Shown here: in pieces, positions 52,039 through 61,654 of the stretch
How the letters are laid out: each line of letters begins with the position of its first letter
Numbering within the stretch: the first letter of the stretch is position 1
Source of the DNA: Spirochaetia bacterium
Lineage (GTDB): Bacteria > Spirochaetota > Spirochaetia > DSM-2461
Assembly (NCBI GenBank): GCA_963668315.1
Contig: OY764216.1
Span: 5,024,001 to 5,088,000 of the forward strand
DNA: 64,000 nucleotides
Reading direction: 5' to 3'
The notes under the pieces: model-generated
The model's database searches: none
Told to the model about the DNA's origin: nothing
The model's input: only the letters and a program-made list of their open reading frames with translations
Program-made: the position numbers and the translations under genes

Positions 52039-53571
52039 ATGCGGATCATCAAGAACGAAGAATTTAGAGACATCATACAAATGGATTTACGGGACTTCGT
52101 ATCCCTTACCATAGGAATTTCCCATATTACAGTTAAAGAGCTTAACAGGCCGATGCTGGGGCGACTTCTCATGGAAGCGGAAAAATGCGAAGAGCTGATT
52201 GACGCCTACGGGATCAAGCAGAATGCTTACTGGTATCCCCTCAGGAAGGCGATCGGCGTTATCCGTTCCTACTCACGGGTAGCCTACAATTTTCTCCATA
52301 TGCGCTATGCCGCTCCCTACTACAATCTGATAACTCTGGATCAGGACTTTTTCGGCGCCCTCGAGGAGAGCATTTCCTGCCTCTTCGAATCCTTTCTTCT
52401 GAGACTGAACCAGTTTTCCGAATTTCTTAAAAAAGTAGGCCTGACGGAAGATCTGCGAGCCCTGGACAGCTATCCCTTCTATGAAAACCTGGTGGAGTGC
52501 CGCCTGGAAGATACCCTGGAATGGGCCCCCCTGGACTCGGGAGCGGAAACCGCCGTATATCTGGCATCCAGTTTTCTGAATCTGGCCGAAGAGAGCCGCT
52601 TCATCAAGGAAGCCTGCCAGAAAAAAACCGATGACTACAGCTCCATCATACCCGATGTGGTTAACGAGGAAAGCCTGAGGCTCATGTCCAACAGCTTCCA
52701 TAACCTGCAGTCGAAATACGATACGATCCTGTTCCATTCGACCATAACCAGGGAAGACGAAAAACTTCCCGCCCTGAGAGGACAGATTTCCGTAGTCTAC
52801 CATCTACTGGAGACATCGACTCTTCTCATACACTATTTCCAGAGACACGAAATGCAGCTGGTCGATCCCACCGAGGAGATGCAGCAGCATTTTGACCAGC
52901 TCTTCCACATCATGGTGGATTTCTGCATGTATTTCGCGCAGAAATATATCTCCGCCGCCCAGGACCTGTGCAAAAATATTCTGAAAACCTATTCCGAGGA
53001 GAGCACCATAACCGTTCCCATTCCCAATTACCGGGGATTCCACGTGCGCCCCTCTACGCTGATAGCCAAGATCGTCATCCACTACGGCAGCGAAGTGGAA
53101 ATGAAACTGGGAAACCATACCTATAACGCCGCCATGCCCCTGGAACTTTTCCGCGCCAACGAGGAGATCAACCTATCCAAGCGCTGTGCCATAGCCAAGG
53201 GAATACTGGAGCATAAGCTGATAAAGGAAGAAGCCGACGCCATCTATGACGCCAAGCTGATGAAGAAAATCCTGCGAATGGTGTTCCTGGATCTGCTTGA
53301 ACAGCAGAAAATCATCATCTACGAGAACGATTTTTCCTTTGACAATCTGACACCCTTCGAAAGCGAAACCATCGCCGACTTTGCCAAACGGGGCATAGCC
53401 CTCTACCTGGCCCTGGGGAAAATCGATATCATCAGCGATACGAAGGTAGTCTTTACCGGAGACAAACGCGTTCTGCACGATATCCAGATACTGGCTGAAA
53501 ACGGTTACGGTGAAGACAAGTTCGGAAACAACATCGTCCTTCCCAAGGAACTCTCCTACCTGAAGCGCTAA
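52039..53571 (+). CDS. Large protein with HPr-like phosphocarrier motif
   Basis: PNYRGFHVRPSTLIAKIV resembles HPr GxHxRP. Confidence 0.7.
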   Translation: MRIIKNEEFRDIIQMDLRDFVSLTIGISHITVKELNRPMLGRLLMEAEKCEELIDAYGIKQNAYWYPLRKAIGVIRSYSRVAYNFLHMRYAAPYYNLITLDQDFFGALEESISCLFESFLLRLNQFSEFLKKVGLTEDLRALDSYPFYENLVECRLEDTLEWAPLDSGAETAVYLASSFLNLAEESRFIKEACQKKTDDYSSIIPDVVNEESLRLMSNSFHNLQSKYDTILFHSTITREDEKLPALRGQISVVYHLLETSTLLIHYFQRHEMQLVDPTEEMQQHFDQLFHIMVDFCMYFAQKYISAAQDLCKNILKTYSEESTITVPIPNYRGFHVRPSTLIAKIVIHYGSEVEMKLGNHTYNAAMPLELFRANEEINLSKRCAIAKGILEHKLIKEEADAIYDAKLMKKILRMVFLDLLEQQKIIIYENDFSFDNLTPFESETIADFAKRGIALYLALGKIDIISDTKVVFTGDKRVLHDIQILAENGYGEDKFGNNIVLPKELSYLKR

Positions 53572-53701
53572 GCCTCCACCAAGCTTATATAAGCGGTATG
53601 CCTGCAAAGGCAGAAAGCCGCTTTCCATCCAGTTATTCAATGATTCACGTAGAAAATCCTGTATTAAACTGTTTTCAATATAACGCTTTCCGCTTTCCGC
53701 G

Positions 53702-54538
53702 TTAAAGCTGCTTCCCCTCGTTAATCTTGGCTTCAAACCGCATAAGATCCCGTCCGGTCAGACCGGTATCTTCACCGTTCATTTTCTTCCTGAGCGCTTC
53801 CAGCTCCGCCGCGGAGAAGGAGACCCCTCCCCTCTTATGCTGATTAAACGACTCAAAGGCCAGGGGACAGACTTTCGAAGCCAGATCATACATGGTATTG
53901 GCATAATCACGGATCTCTTTCTGGGCATGTCCGTCCATGCGAAGCCTCAGAAAATGAAAGAGGTTATGCAGATCGATCTGCCAGTACCACTCGGTATAAA
54001 GATTCAGGGGCAGATTAATGCGGGCCAGTTCCCGGGCGATGCCCTTCTCAATCAGTCCCTCATAGGCTCCGTAGGCCTCTTCACAGTTTCGGGTGATAAT
54101 ATCCAGAACTTCCTTCCTCAGCTCGGCGGGCACCTCTTCCGTTGACCGGCCCTGTTTATTGTCCTCACTCTGAAAGGAGATGTCCTCTGCGGCGGGAAGG
54201 TAAAACTCATTCTTCATTACGCTGTATCGCGCAGAGATCTCATTCAGACGAGCCGTTCTGTGCCGAACCCACTGACGGGCGATAAAGATAGGCATCTTAC
54301 AGTGAAAGGTAAATACGACCTGTTCAAAAGGAGAGGTGTGATCGTTCCTCAGAAGATAATCGATAAGACCCTTATCCTGACGGTAGCTCTTCGTTCCTTC
54401 CCCGTAAGAGACACGGGCGGACTGAACGATTCTGTCATCGCTGCCCATATAGTCGACTAAACGGACGAACCCCTTGTTAAGGACAGGGAACTCCTTATCC
54501 AGTATTTCTTCCGCTTCCGGGACGATGCAATGGGCCAT
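53702..54538 (-). CDS. thyX: FAD-dependent thymidylate synthase
   Basis: HTSPFE, RHR..NEISARY, HAQKEIR. Confidence 0.95.
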   Translation of the reverse strand: MAHCIVPEAEEILDKEFPVLNKGFVRLVDYMGSDDRIVQSARVSYGEGTKSYRQDKGLIDYLLRNDHTSPFEQVVFTFHCKMPIFIARQWVRHRTARLNEISARYSVMKNEFYLPAAEDISFQSEDNKQGRSTEEVPAELRKEVLDIITRNCEEAYGAYEGLIEKGIARELARINLPLNLYTEWYWQIDLHNLFHFLRLRMDGHAQKEIRDYANTMYDLASKVCPLAFESFNQHKRGGVSFSAAELEALRKKMNGEDTGLTGRDLMRFEAKINEGKQL

Positions 54539-54781
54539 AGCTTACCTCTTAATTTAAAAAAATGTGGAAAGAATCTTACCATGTTTTTTCCAAATCAACA
54601 AGGTACGATGGGCCTATCTCCCTTATTCTCTTATGTACAATGATTCATTTTTATACCAAAAGGAATGTTATTCCCGACCTTCTGATTCAGGCAGAAAAGA
54701 GGAAGAACAGCCTATCCTCTTTTATTGAAAATACTTACCTGTTTTTATTGTTAATCATCCATTTTTGGCACAGAAATTGTG

Positions 54782-54846
54782 TATAACGTTATATAACCAC
54801 ACTAAAAGGAGGTTTTATACAACGTTATATTACTTTATGTAACGTT
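54782..54846. promoter_or_regulatory. Palindromic operator(s), ModE-box-like
   Basis: TATAACGTTATA (54782-54793) and AACGTTATATT-ACTT-TATGTAACGTT (54821-54846). Confidence 0.55.
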
Positions 54847-54856
54847 TAATCATGTT

Positions 54857-55966
54857 ATGTACAACATCAGTCGAAGTGAATTAAGGGAATTCATCCCCTC
54901 TCATAAGAAATTATTCTCCCTTTCGCCACGAATAAAAAGCCTCAAAAAAGCCGGCAGAAAATTCCCCTTTATTGTCTTCCTTTACGTCATCCTTCCCTTT
55001 GCGGCTCTTCTTTTCTCTCTGTGCATGGGAAGATACGTCCTTCATCTTAAGGATGTCCTGTCCCTTCTTTTCCTGAAAGCCACCGGCGGTGATACAAGAG
55101 AACTGGCAGTTATCGACACCATTCTGTTCCGCGTGCGACTTCCCCGCATCATCGCCGCCATGCTCATCGGCAGTTCACTCTCCCTTTCCGGTACGGTCTA
55201 CCAGAGTACTTTCCGCAATCCCATGGTTTCCCCCGGAATTCTCGGGGTGGCAAACGGAGCCGGCTTCGGAGCAGCCCTGGGTATCCTTCTGTCCTTCTCT
55301 TTTATCGGGATTCAGCTGACCGCCTTTGCTTTCGGTATTGCGGCCGTCCTTATTACATTCGGGCTCAGTAAAATACTGACAAGAGAGGGAGACTCCCTGA
55401 TTGCCCTTGTTCTCACCGGTATGGTGATCAGCACTATCTTCTCCTCCCTCATCTCCCTGACCAAATACACAGCCGATCCCTACGACAAACTGCCGGCTAT
55501 AACCTTCTGGCTTATGGGCAGCCTGGCCTCGGTAACGAAAGATGACATCCTCTTTTCCCTTACTCCCATCATACTGGGCAGCATCCCCCTTATCCTGCTG
55601 CGCTGGAAGCTGAATCTGATGTCCTTCGGTGATAACGAAGCCCGCTCCATGGGAATAGATACGACAAAACTTCGAATTATCGTCATCCTATGCTCCACCA
55701 TCATTACAGCAGCCTCCATTGCCATAAGCGGTATTATCGGCTGGGTGGGACTCATCATTCCCCATCTCTGCCGATTCATCACCGGACCGGACCATAAAAA
55801 GCTCGTTCCCCTTTCTATGGTCATCGGTGCCGTTTACCTGACGCTGGTGGATGACTACGCCCGGACGCTGACCAATATCGAAATTCCCCTGGGAATCATC
55901 ACCTCCCTCATAGGAGCACCCTTTTTCATCTATCTCATGTTCAAAAAAAGGAAGAACTGGCAATGA
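54857..55966 (+). CDS. FecCD/BtuC-family ABC permease
   Basis: RLPRI, FRNPMVSP, IGWVGLIIPH. Confidence 0.9.
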   Translation: MYNISRSELREFIPSHKKLFSLSPRIKSLKKAGRKFPFIVFLYVILPFAALLFSLCMGRYVLHLKDVLSLLFLKATGGDTRELAVIDTILFRVRLPRIIAAMLIGSSLSLSGTVYQSTFRNPMVSPGILGVANGAGFGAALGILLSFSFIGIQLTAFAFGIAAVLITFGLSKILTREGDSLIALVLTGMVISTIFSSLISLTKYTADPYDKLPAITFWLMGSLASVTKDDILFSLTPIILGSIPLILLRWKLNLMSFGDNEARSMGIDTTKLRIIVILCSTIITAASIAISGIIGWVGLIIPHLCRFITGPDHKKLVPLSMVIGAVYLTLVDDYARTLTNIEIPLGIITSLIGAPFFIYLMFKKRKNWQ

Positions 55967-56745
55967 AAATAGAAATACGAAACCTTACCTGCGGCTATGG
56001 CAAAAAAGAAGTGATCCGCAACATCTCCTTCGCAGTAGGCACAGGAGAGATCCTCTGTCTTCTGGGACCGAACGGTGTGGGGAAAACCACCTTCTTCAAA
56101 ACCCTTCTGGGGCTGCTTCCCCCTCTCGGCGGCGAGATATCCCTTAACGGACAAGCCATAAGCAGACTGAGCCGCAAAGAATACGCCCGGAAAGTGGCTT
56201 ACGTTCCCCAGTCCCAGTCGGTCCCCTTCCCCTACACCGTGGAAGAAGTGGTCATCATGGGCAGGAACGCTCACCTGTCCTCATTCTCCTCTCCCGGCCG
56301 CAGGGACAAGGAGATCGCCGCCGAAGCTCTGGAGGAACTGGGAATCACCCGGCTCGCGAAAAGGACCTTCACCCAGTTAAGCGGGGGTGAGCGGCAGATG
56401 GTACTGATAGCCCGGGCTCTGACACAGCAGACGGAAATCCTGTTTATGGACGAGCCGACTTCCAGCCTGGATTTCGGCAACCAGGTAAGAATACTGAATA
56501 GGATAAACAGATTACGGGATAAGGGAATCAGCGTCGTTCTGACCACCCATGCCCCGGACCATGTTTTTCTCTGCGGGAGCAAGGTCATCGTTTTCAATGA
56601 GGGCCAGTTTTCCCGTATGGGAGAGCCGGATCTGGTAGTCACGGAGGAACTTCTCCAGTCTGTCTACCATGTGGATGTAAAGATTCATCAGACGGGGATT
56701 CCCGGCGGGAAAGCGCCTGTGAAAGTCTGTGTACCCTGTTTGTAA
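55963..56745 (+). CDS. ABC transporter ATPase (FepC/BtuD-like)
   Basis: GPNGVGKT, LSGGERQ, DEPTSSLD. Confidence 0.95.
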   Translation: MKIEIRNLTCGYGKKEVIRNISFAVGTGEILCLLGPNGVGKTTFFKTLLGLLPPLGGEISLNGQAISRLSRKEYARKVAYVPQSQSVPFPYTVEEVVIMGRNAHLSSFSSPGRRDKEIAAEALEELGITRLAKRTFTQLSGGERQMVLIARALTQQTEILFMDEPTSSLDFGNQVRILNRINRLRDKGISVVLTTHAPDHVFLCGSKVIVFNEGQFSRMGEPDLVVTEELLQSVYHVDVKIHQTGIPGGKAPVKVCVPCL

Positions 56746-56757
56746 AGGAGAGAAATA

Positions 56758-57861
56758 ATGAAGAAAATGTTAACAGCGGCCCTGCTGCTCATCACCACCC
56801 TGCTCTGTGCCATGGGAACGCCTCTCTGGGAGACTCCGGCACCGTCGGGAGAAACACGAACCATCGTCGATATGGCGGGCAGAACCCTGACAATCCCGAC
56901 AAAAGTGGATACGATCCTGGCAAAGTGTATGATCGGCACGACCATTGCCTACAGTCTGGAGCCCTCTCTGGTGGCCGGTCTCAACTGGTACCCGACGGAG
57001 GCGGAAAAGGAGTTTCTCGATGAGGATTACCTGAAGCTTCCCATGCTTTCGGGATGGCATGCCGGAAACGAGGGTAACGTGGAAGAGATCATTAAAACCG
57101 GTCCTTCCCTGCTCGTCGCCGCCTCCTTCAATCCTCAGAAGGACCAGGCGTCCCGGGATCTGGCCGAAAAAATCGAGGAGCTTACCAATATCCCCGTGGT
57201 AATTTTTGACTTCAGGCTGGAAAATCTTCCCGAAACCTACCGTTTCTTCGGCGAACTGACCGGAAAAAGGGGGCGGGCCGAAGAACTGGCCCTCTATGCC
57301 GAAAACCGACTGGCCGAGATAAAAGGGATGACCGATCAGCTAAGTGACGACGATAAAATCAGCCTTTACTATGCCGAAGGAAAGGGCGGACTCCAGACCG
57401 ATCCCTCCGGATCCTTCCACACCCAGGTCATAGATTATGCGGGAGCAGTCAACGTGGCCCAGGTGGAGATGAAAGGCGGAATGGGCCGCAGCCAGATATC
57501 CCCGGAACAGCTCATGATCTGGAATCCCGATGTGATTATCTGCTGCCATGACCAGGGTTTTTCCCAGATAGACAATACCCTCTCGGGGATAAAAGAAGAT
57601 CCCCGCCTGTCGGAAGTCAAAGCCATCAGGGAAAACCGGGTCTACGAAGTCCCCTACAAACCGTTTAATTTCATGGACAGGCCTCCCTCCATCAACCGCC
57701 TCATCGGCCTTGTCTGGCTGACAGACCTGATATATCCCGACCTCAGTCCCTTTGACTTAAAGAACGAGATCCGGGACTTCTATACACTATTTTACCGCAT
57801 TGATCTATCGGAAGAACAGCTCGACGACATCCTGCTGAACTCATATCCGAAGGAGGATTGA
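56758..57861 (+). CDS. Class III (BtuF/FhuD-like) substrate-binding protein
   Basis: Signal peptide, IVDMAGR, PEQLMIWNPD, DRPPS. Confidence 0.85.
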   Translation: MKKMLTAALLLITTLLCAMGTPLWETPAPSGETRTIVDMAGRTLTIPTKVDTILAKCMIGTTIAYSLEPSLVAGLNWYPTEAEKEFLDEDYLKLPMLSGWHAGNEGNVEEIIKTGPSLLVAASFNPQKDQASRDLAEKIEELTNIPVVIFDFRLENLPETYRFFGELTGKRGRAEELALYAENRLAEIKGMTDQLSDDDKISLYYAEGKGGLQTDPSGSFHTQVIDYAGAVNVAQVEMKGGMGRSQISPEQLMIWNPDVIICCHDQGFSQIDNTLSGIKEDPRLSEVKAIRENRVYEVPYKPFNFMDRPPSINRLIGLVWLTDLIYPDLSPFDLKNEIRDFYTLFYRIDLSEEQLDDILLNSYPKED

Positions 57862-57865
57862 AATA

Positions 57866-58495
57866 ATGAAAGAACAGGAAATGGCTCAGAGGATGCTGGC
57901 TATGGCATCGGGAGTTCTTAAGGACGTATATCCCTGTATCGCTAAGGATATAAAAAAAGAATCGGGAAAGGACAAAGGAGTCTTTCTGGATATCGGCGGC
58001 GGCACCGGTCATTTGTGCCTGGCAATGGCGGAAGCGGCAGGATTTGAAAAGCTATACAACCTGGACCCCTCCGGGGAGATGCTCAGATGGGCCGATGAGA
58101 ACATAGGTAATGCTTCTGCAGAAAAAAGGATCACCAATCTTCAGGGTAAGGCCGAAAAGATTCCTCTGCCCGAAAAGAGTGTGGATCTGATCATGAGCCG
58201 GGGATCATCATTTTCATGGGAAGATCCGGCGGAGGCCTTCAAAGAGATACACCGGGTACTGAACAACCGGGGGGAAGCCTACATCAGCATCGGATGCATC
58301 TTCGGTACGGAAGAGTTGCGAAAATCCATTGTAAGCCGTTTCATGGAAAAGGATCCCCTCTGGGAAGCCGGTTCGGTGGAAAGAGAAAGCAAACTGACCA
58401 TGGATGACGTGGACAGCCTCTGTGAAACGGCCGGAGTCAGGAACTATAGAAAACTCATCAAAGATCACGATAAATGGCTAGTCATAGCCAAATAG
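57866..58495 (+). CDS. Class I SAM-dependent methyltransferase
   Basis: LDIGGGTG, DLIMSRGS. Confidence 0.85.
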   Translation: MKEQEMAQRMLAMASGVLKDVYPCIAKDIKKESGKDKGVFLDIGGGTGHLCLAMAEAAGFEKLYNLDPSGEMLRWADENIGNASAEKRITNLQGKAEKIPLPEKSVDLIMSRGSSFSWEDPAEAFKEIHRVLNNRGEAYISIGCIFGTEELRKSIVSRFMEKDPLWEAGSVERESKLTMDDVDSLCETAGVRNYRKLIKDHDKWLVIAK

Positions 58496-58505
58496 GAGGA
58501 CAAAA

Positions 58506-59852
58506 ATGAAACACATGATAATCGGCACAGCCATCACTCTCCTCGTCCTGCTGCCGGGCTGGACGACAGGCCATCCGGAAACCGTCGTCTCCGAAGAAAA
58601 AGAAACGGTTACCATCACTGATATGTTTGACAGAACGGTAACGATCCCCCGGACGGTCAACAAAGTGTATGCCCAGTCCCCCGTGGGAACCTACTTCCTG
58701 TACACTCTGAACTCAAGCAAGCTCACCGGACTGATGTGGGAACCGTCGGAAGAGGAAAAGCCCTTCTTCACCGAAGAGTACTGCCGCCTGCCCGTTCTGG
58801 GCGGCTGGTTCGGACAGGGCAATACGGGAAATTTAGAGGAGATAATCAAGGCTAAGCCGGACTTTATCATTTTCGACGAGATGTCTCCCATAGGAGATAG
58901 GGCGTACTCCCGGGAGCAGGCCGACCGGCTGCAGGAGACACTTCAGATTCCCGTGGTCATAATGGACTTCAGCTTCTACCGTCTGCCCGAAACCTATCGG
59001 TTCGCCGGTTTCCTGACGGGCGATGAAGAACGGGCCGAAGAACTGGCATCCTATACCGAAAAAGTCTACGCCGATATCCGCGAAAAAACATCTGACCTTA
59101 CCGAGGAAGAAAAGGTTCGCGTCTACTATGCCGAAGGTTCCGAAGGGCTCCAGACCGACCCGGAAGGTTCGGCCCATTCGGAGCTGATCAGTTTCGCCGG
59201 TGCGGTAAACGCGGCAGAAATCGACACAACACATGGCTACGGCCGAGCCCAGATATCTCCCGAACAGCTGGCTGTCTGGAATCCCGATCTGATAGTGGCC
59301 TGTCACGACGGAGGAGCTGCCGTATCCACCTGTTCGGCGCTCCTTTCCGATCCCCGGCTCCAATCGATCCCGGCCATCTCCGAAGGCCGCGTTTACGAGA
59401 TTCCCTACCGGCCGTTCAATGTAACCGACCGCCCCCCCTCGGTCTTCCGTATTTTCGGAGTCAAGTGGCTGGCGCAGCTCTTCTATCCCGATCTGTTCCC
59501 TTACGACATACAAAAGGAGATGCAGGATTTCTACCGCCTCTTCTGGAATATAGAAATCACCGACAGCCAGGCAGAAGCCTTTCTTACACCCGGGACCGGA
59601 ATCAACGAAACCTGCCGAGTTCTCCGTCCCGGAGGAGCCGCCTGCATCGGCGGAGGATTCGGAACGGAAGATCTTCTCAACAGAATTATAGAGATCAAGG
59701 CCGTGAAAAATCCGGGCTGGAACGAATGGAGAACACGGCGGACAGGCCTCCCTCAGGAGGAAAGATTTGACTTGCTACTCAAAAAATCAGCCGTACCCCG
59801 CTATCGGATAGAACATGAGGAGGCCGGAACATGGATAAAGTTCAGAAAATAG
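58506..59852 (+). CDS. Second substrate-binding protein fused to a methyltransferase C-terminal fragment
   Basis: Paralog of 56758; tail RVLRPGGAACIGGGFGTE resembles the end of the 57866 protein. Confidence 0.8.
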   Translation: MKHMIIGTAITLLVLLPGWTTGHPETVVSEEKETVTITDMFDRTVTIPRTVNKVYAQSPVGTYFLYTLNSSKLTGLMWEPSEEEKPFFTEEYCRLPVLGGWFGQGNTGNLEEIIKAKPDFIIFDEMSPIGDRAYSREQADRLQETLQIPVVIMDFSFYRLPETYRFAGFLTGDEERAEELASYTEKVYADIREKTSDLTEEEKVRVYYAEGSEGLQTDPEGSAHSELISFAGAVNAAEIDTTHGYGRAQISPEQLAVWNPDLIVACHDGGAAVSTCSALLSDPRLQSIPAISEGRVYEIPYRPFNVTDRPPSVFRIFGVKWLAQLFYPDLFPYDIQKEMQDFYRLFWNIEITDSQAEAFLTPGTGINETCRVLRPGGAACIGGGFGTEDLLNRIIEIKAVKNPGWNEWRTRRTGLPQEERFDLLLKKSAVPRYRIEHEEAGTWIKFRK

Positions 59853-61654
59853 TGACCTGCGATATATGCGCCCGGGGATGTCTCCTCAAGGAAGGGGAAA
59901 AAGGACTTTGTAAAAACTACCTTCTCAGAGACGGGGAAATCCGGGAAATTTTCCCCCGTAGTTATCTCCTGGTATGCCCCATTTCCATAGAGACGATGCC
60001 CATGCTCCATTACCACCCCCGGGGAAAATTTCTCCAGGTAACCACGGTGGGCTGCAATTTCAGCTGCCCCGGCTGTGTTTCCGCCTCTTTCGTCAAAGGA
60101 ATGACCGAATCGCGGAACATATTGAACCACCTTGATCCGGAGGAAATAATAGACCGAGCCCGTCAGGAAGAGTGCCTGGGAATAACCTTCATGATGAATG
60201 ATCCTCTGGCTTCTTACTTCACCTTTCTGGAACTGGCCATCAAGGCGAAATCGGCCGGACTTCTAGTGGGCTGTTCCACCAATGCCTACTTCACCGAAGA
60301 GAGGGCCAAGGAACTGGCTCCCTCCCTGGACTTCATGAATATCGGCATGAAAGGCTTCTCCGACAGGGATTACCAGTTCTGCGGCGTCTCCTCCCTTCTG
60401 CCGGTACTGAATAACGTCTGCTATTTCATAAAGGAAGGAATCCACGTGGAAATATCCTGCCTTTACCGCAAGGGCAAGGAGATGAGCCTTCTGGATCTGG
60501 CCCGCTGGATTGAATCGGTGGACAGCAAAATCCCCCTGCAGCTCATGCGGTACATCCCCCTGGAAGACGCCTCTCCCGAGTGGGAACCCTCTCCTTCGGA
60601 AGGGGAAACGCTTTGCGGAGAACTGCGCCGGCTGCTGCCCTACGTGTATCTGTTCAATACACCGGGGACCGAAAGCCTCCATACCCGCTGTTCCCGCTGC
60701 GGCAACATACTCATGGAAAGGGACTTCTACGGCCCTATGGGCGCGGTGGTCAGAAAGCAGAAGTACAGCGATTCGGGTAAATGCCTTTTCTGCGACGGGA
60801 AAACCGATTTGATTTCCCCGAAAAAACGCCCTCCCTTCAGAGAAGAAGGTTTTGCCGGTGGCTACCCCTTTACCCGGGCTCTCGAAATGCTGGAATCCAT
60901 GCTGATTGCCATGGGCGTGAGGAACAGGAAGAAGCTTCTGGATTGCTGGGAGACGATTCTTGAGGGAACGGGGCTCATCGATTTCCACAGGGAAATCCAA
61001 TCGCCCCGAAGCTATCTTTCAGCCCTGCTGAAATACGGGAAAATCGCCGGAGAGGAAGAAAACGCCCGCCGCCTCGTTAGCTATCTGGAAGACAAGATAG
61101 AAGAGGTCGAAAGAAGATCAGCGGAATCCCTCTCTCATCCCCGGGTGCTCTATATCATGGGAAAGCCCCTTTTTGTCCTCAAGGGAGAAAGATTTGAAAA
61201 CCAACTGGTAAAAATGGCGGGAGCCATTCCTCTGAACGATCTGATTTCCATAGAAGGAAGGCCGGGCATGACCGTACCGGAAGAAACCCTGTCCGTACTT
61301 AACCCCGAGGTCATTTTTGTTTCTTCTTTTCTGAGCAATACCGAAGAGGCCCTTTACAGGGAATATCTGGGCAGAAACATTAGAGCGGAAGCCGTGACCA
61401 ACAGAAGAATTTACACCCACCCTTACGCCAACATCGATTTCGGTAGTCCCCGATGGATACTGGGTCTTATGCATATGGCAAACATGCTCCACCCCGAGAC
61501 ATGCCGTTTTGACCTGGAGGATGAAGCGGAATACTTCTACAGAACATTCTATCAGAGCCCCTTCGATCCCTCACAGCTCAACAGATCATTCGGGAAGCCC
61601 CTCAGAACCTGGAAGTGGAAGAGCAAACCGGAAAGGGAGCCGGTTCCTATCTAG
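59831..61654 (+). CDS. Radical SAM enzyme (PFL-activase/AmmeMemoRadiSam-like) fused to a binding-protein-like domain
   Basis: CNFSCPGC; N-terminal CDICARGC; CSRC/CLFC; C-terminal LNPEVIF, DFGSPRWILG. Confidence 0.85.
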   Translation: MDKVQKIVTCDICARGCLLKEGEKGLCKNYLLRDGEIREIFPRSYLLVCPISIETMPMLHYHPRGKFLQVTTVGCNFSCPGCVSASFVKGMTESRNILNHLDPEEIIDRARQEECLGITFMMNDPLASYFTFLELAIKAKSAGLLVGCSTNAYFTEERAKELAPSLDFMNIGMKGFSDRDYQFCGVSSLLPVLNNVCYFIKEGIHVEISCLYRKGKEMSLLDLARWIESVDSKIPLQLMRYIPLEDASPEWEPSPSEGETLCGELRRLLPYVYLFNTPGTESLHTRCSRCGNILMERDFYGPMGAVVRKQKYSDSGKCLFCDGKTDLISPKKRPPFREEGFAGGYPFTRALEMLESMLIAMGVRNRKKLLDCWETILEGTGLIDFHREIQSPRSYLSALLKYGKIAGEEENARRLVSYLEDKIEEVERRSAESLSHPRVLYIMGKPLFVLKGERFENQLVKMAGAIPLNDLISIEGRPGMTVPEETLSVLNPEVIFVSSFLSNTEEALYREYLGRNIRAEAVTNRRIYTHPYANIDFGSPRWILGLMHMANMLHPETCRFDLEDEAEYFYRTFYQSPFDPSQLNRSFGKPLRTWKWKSKPEREPVPI

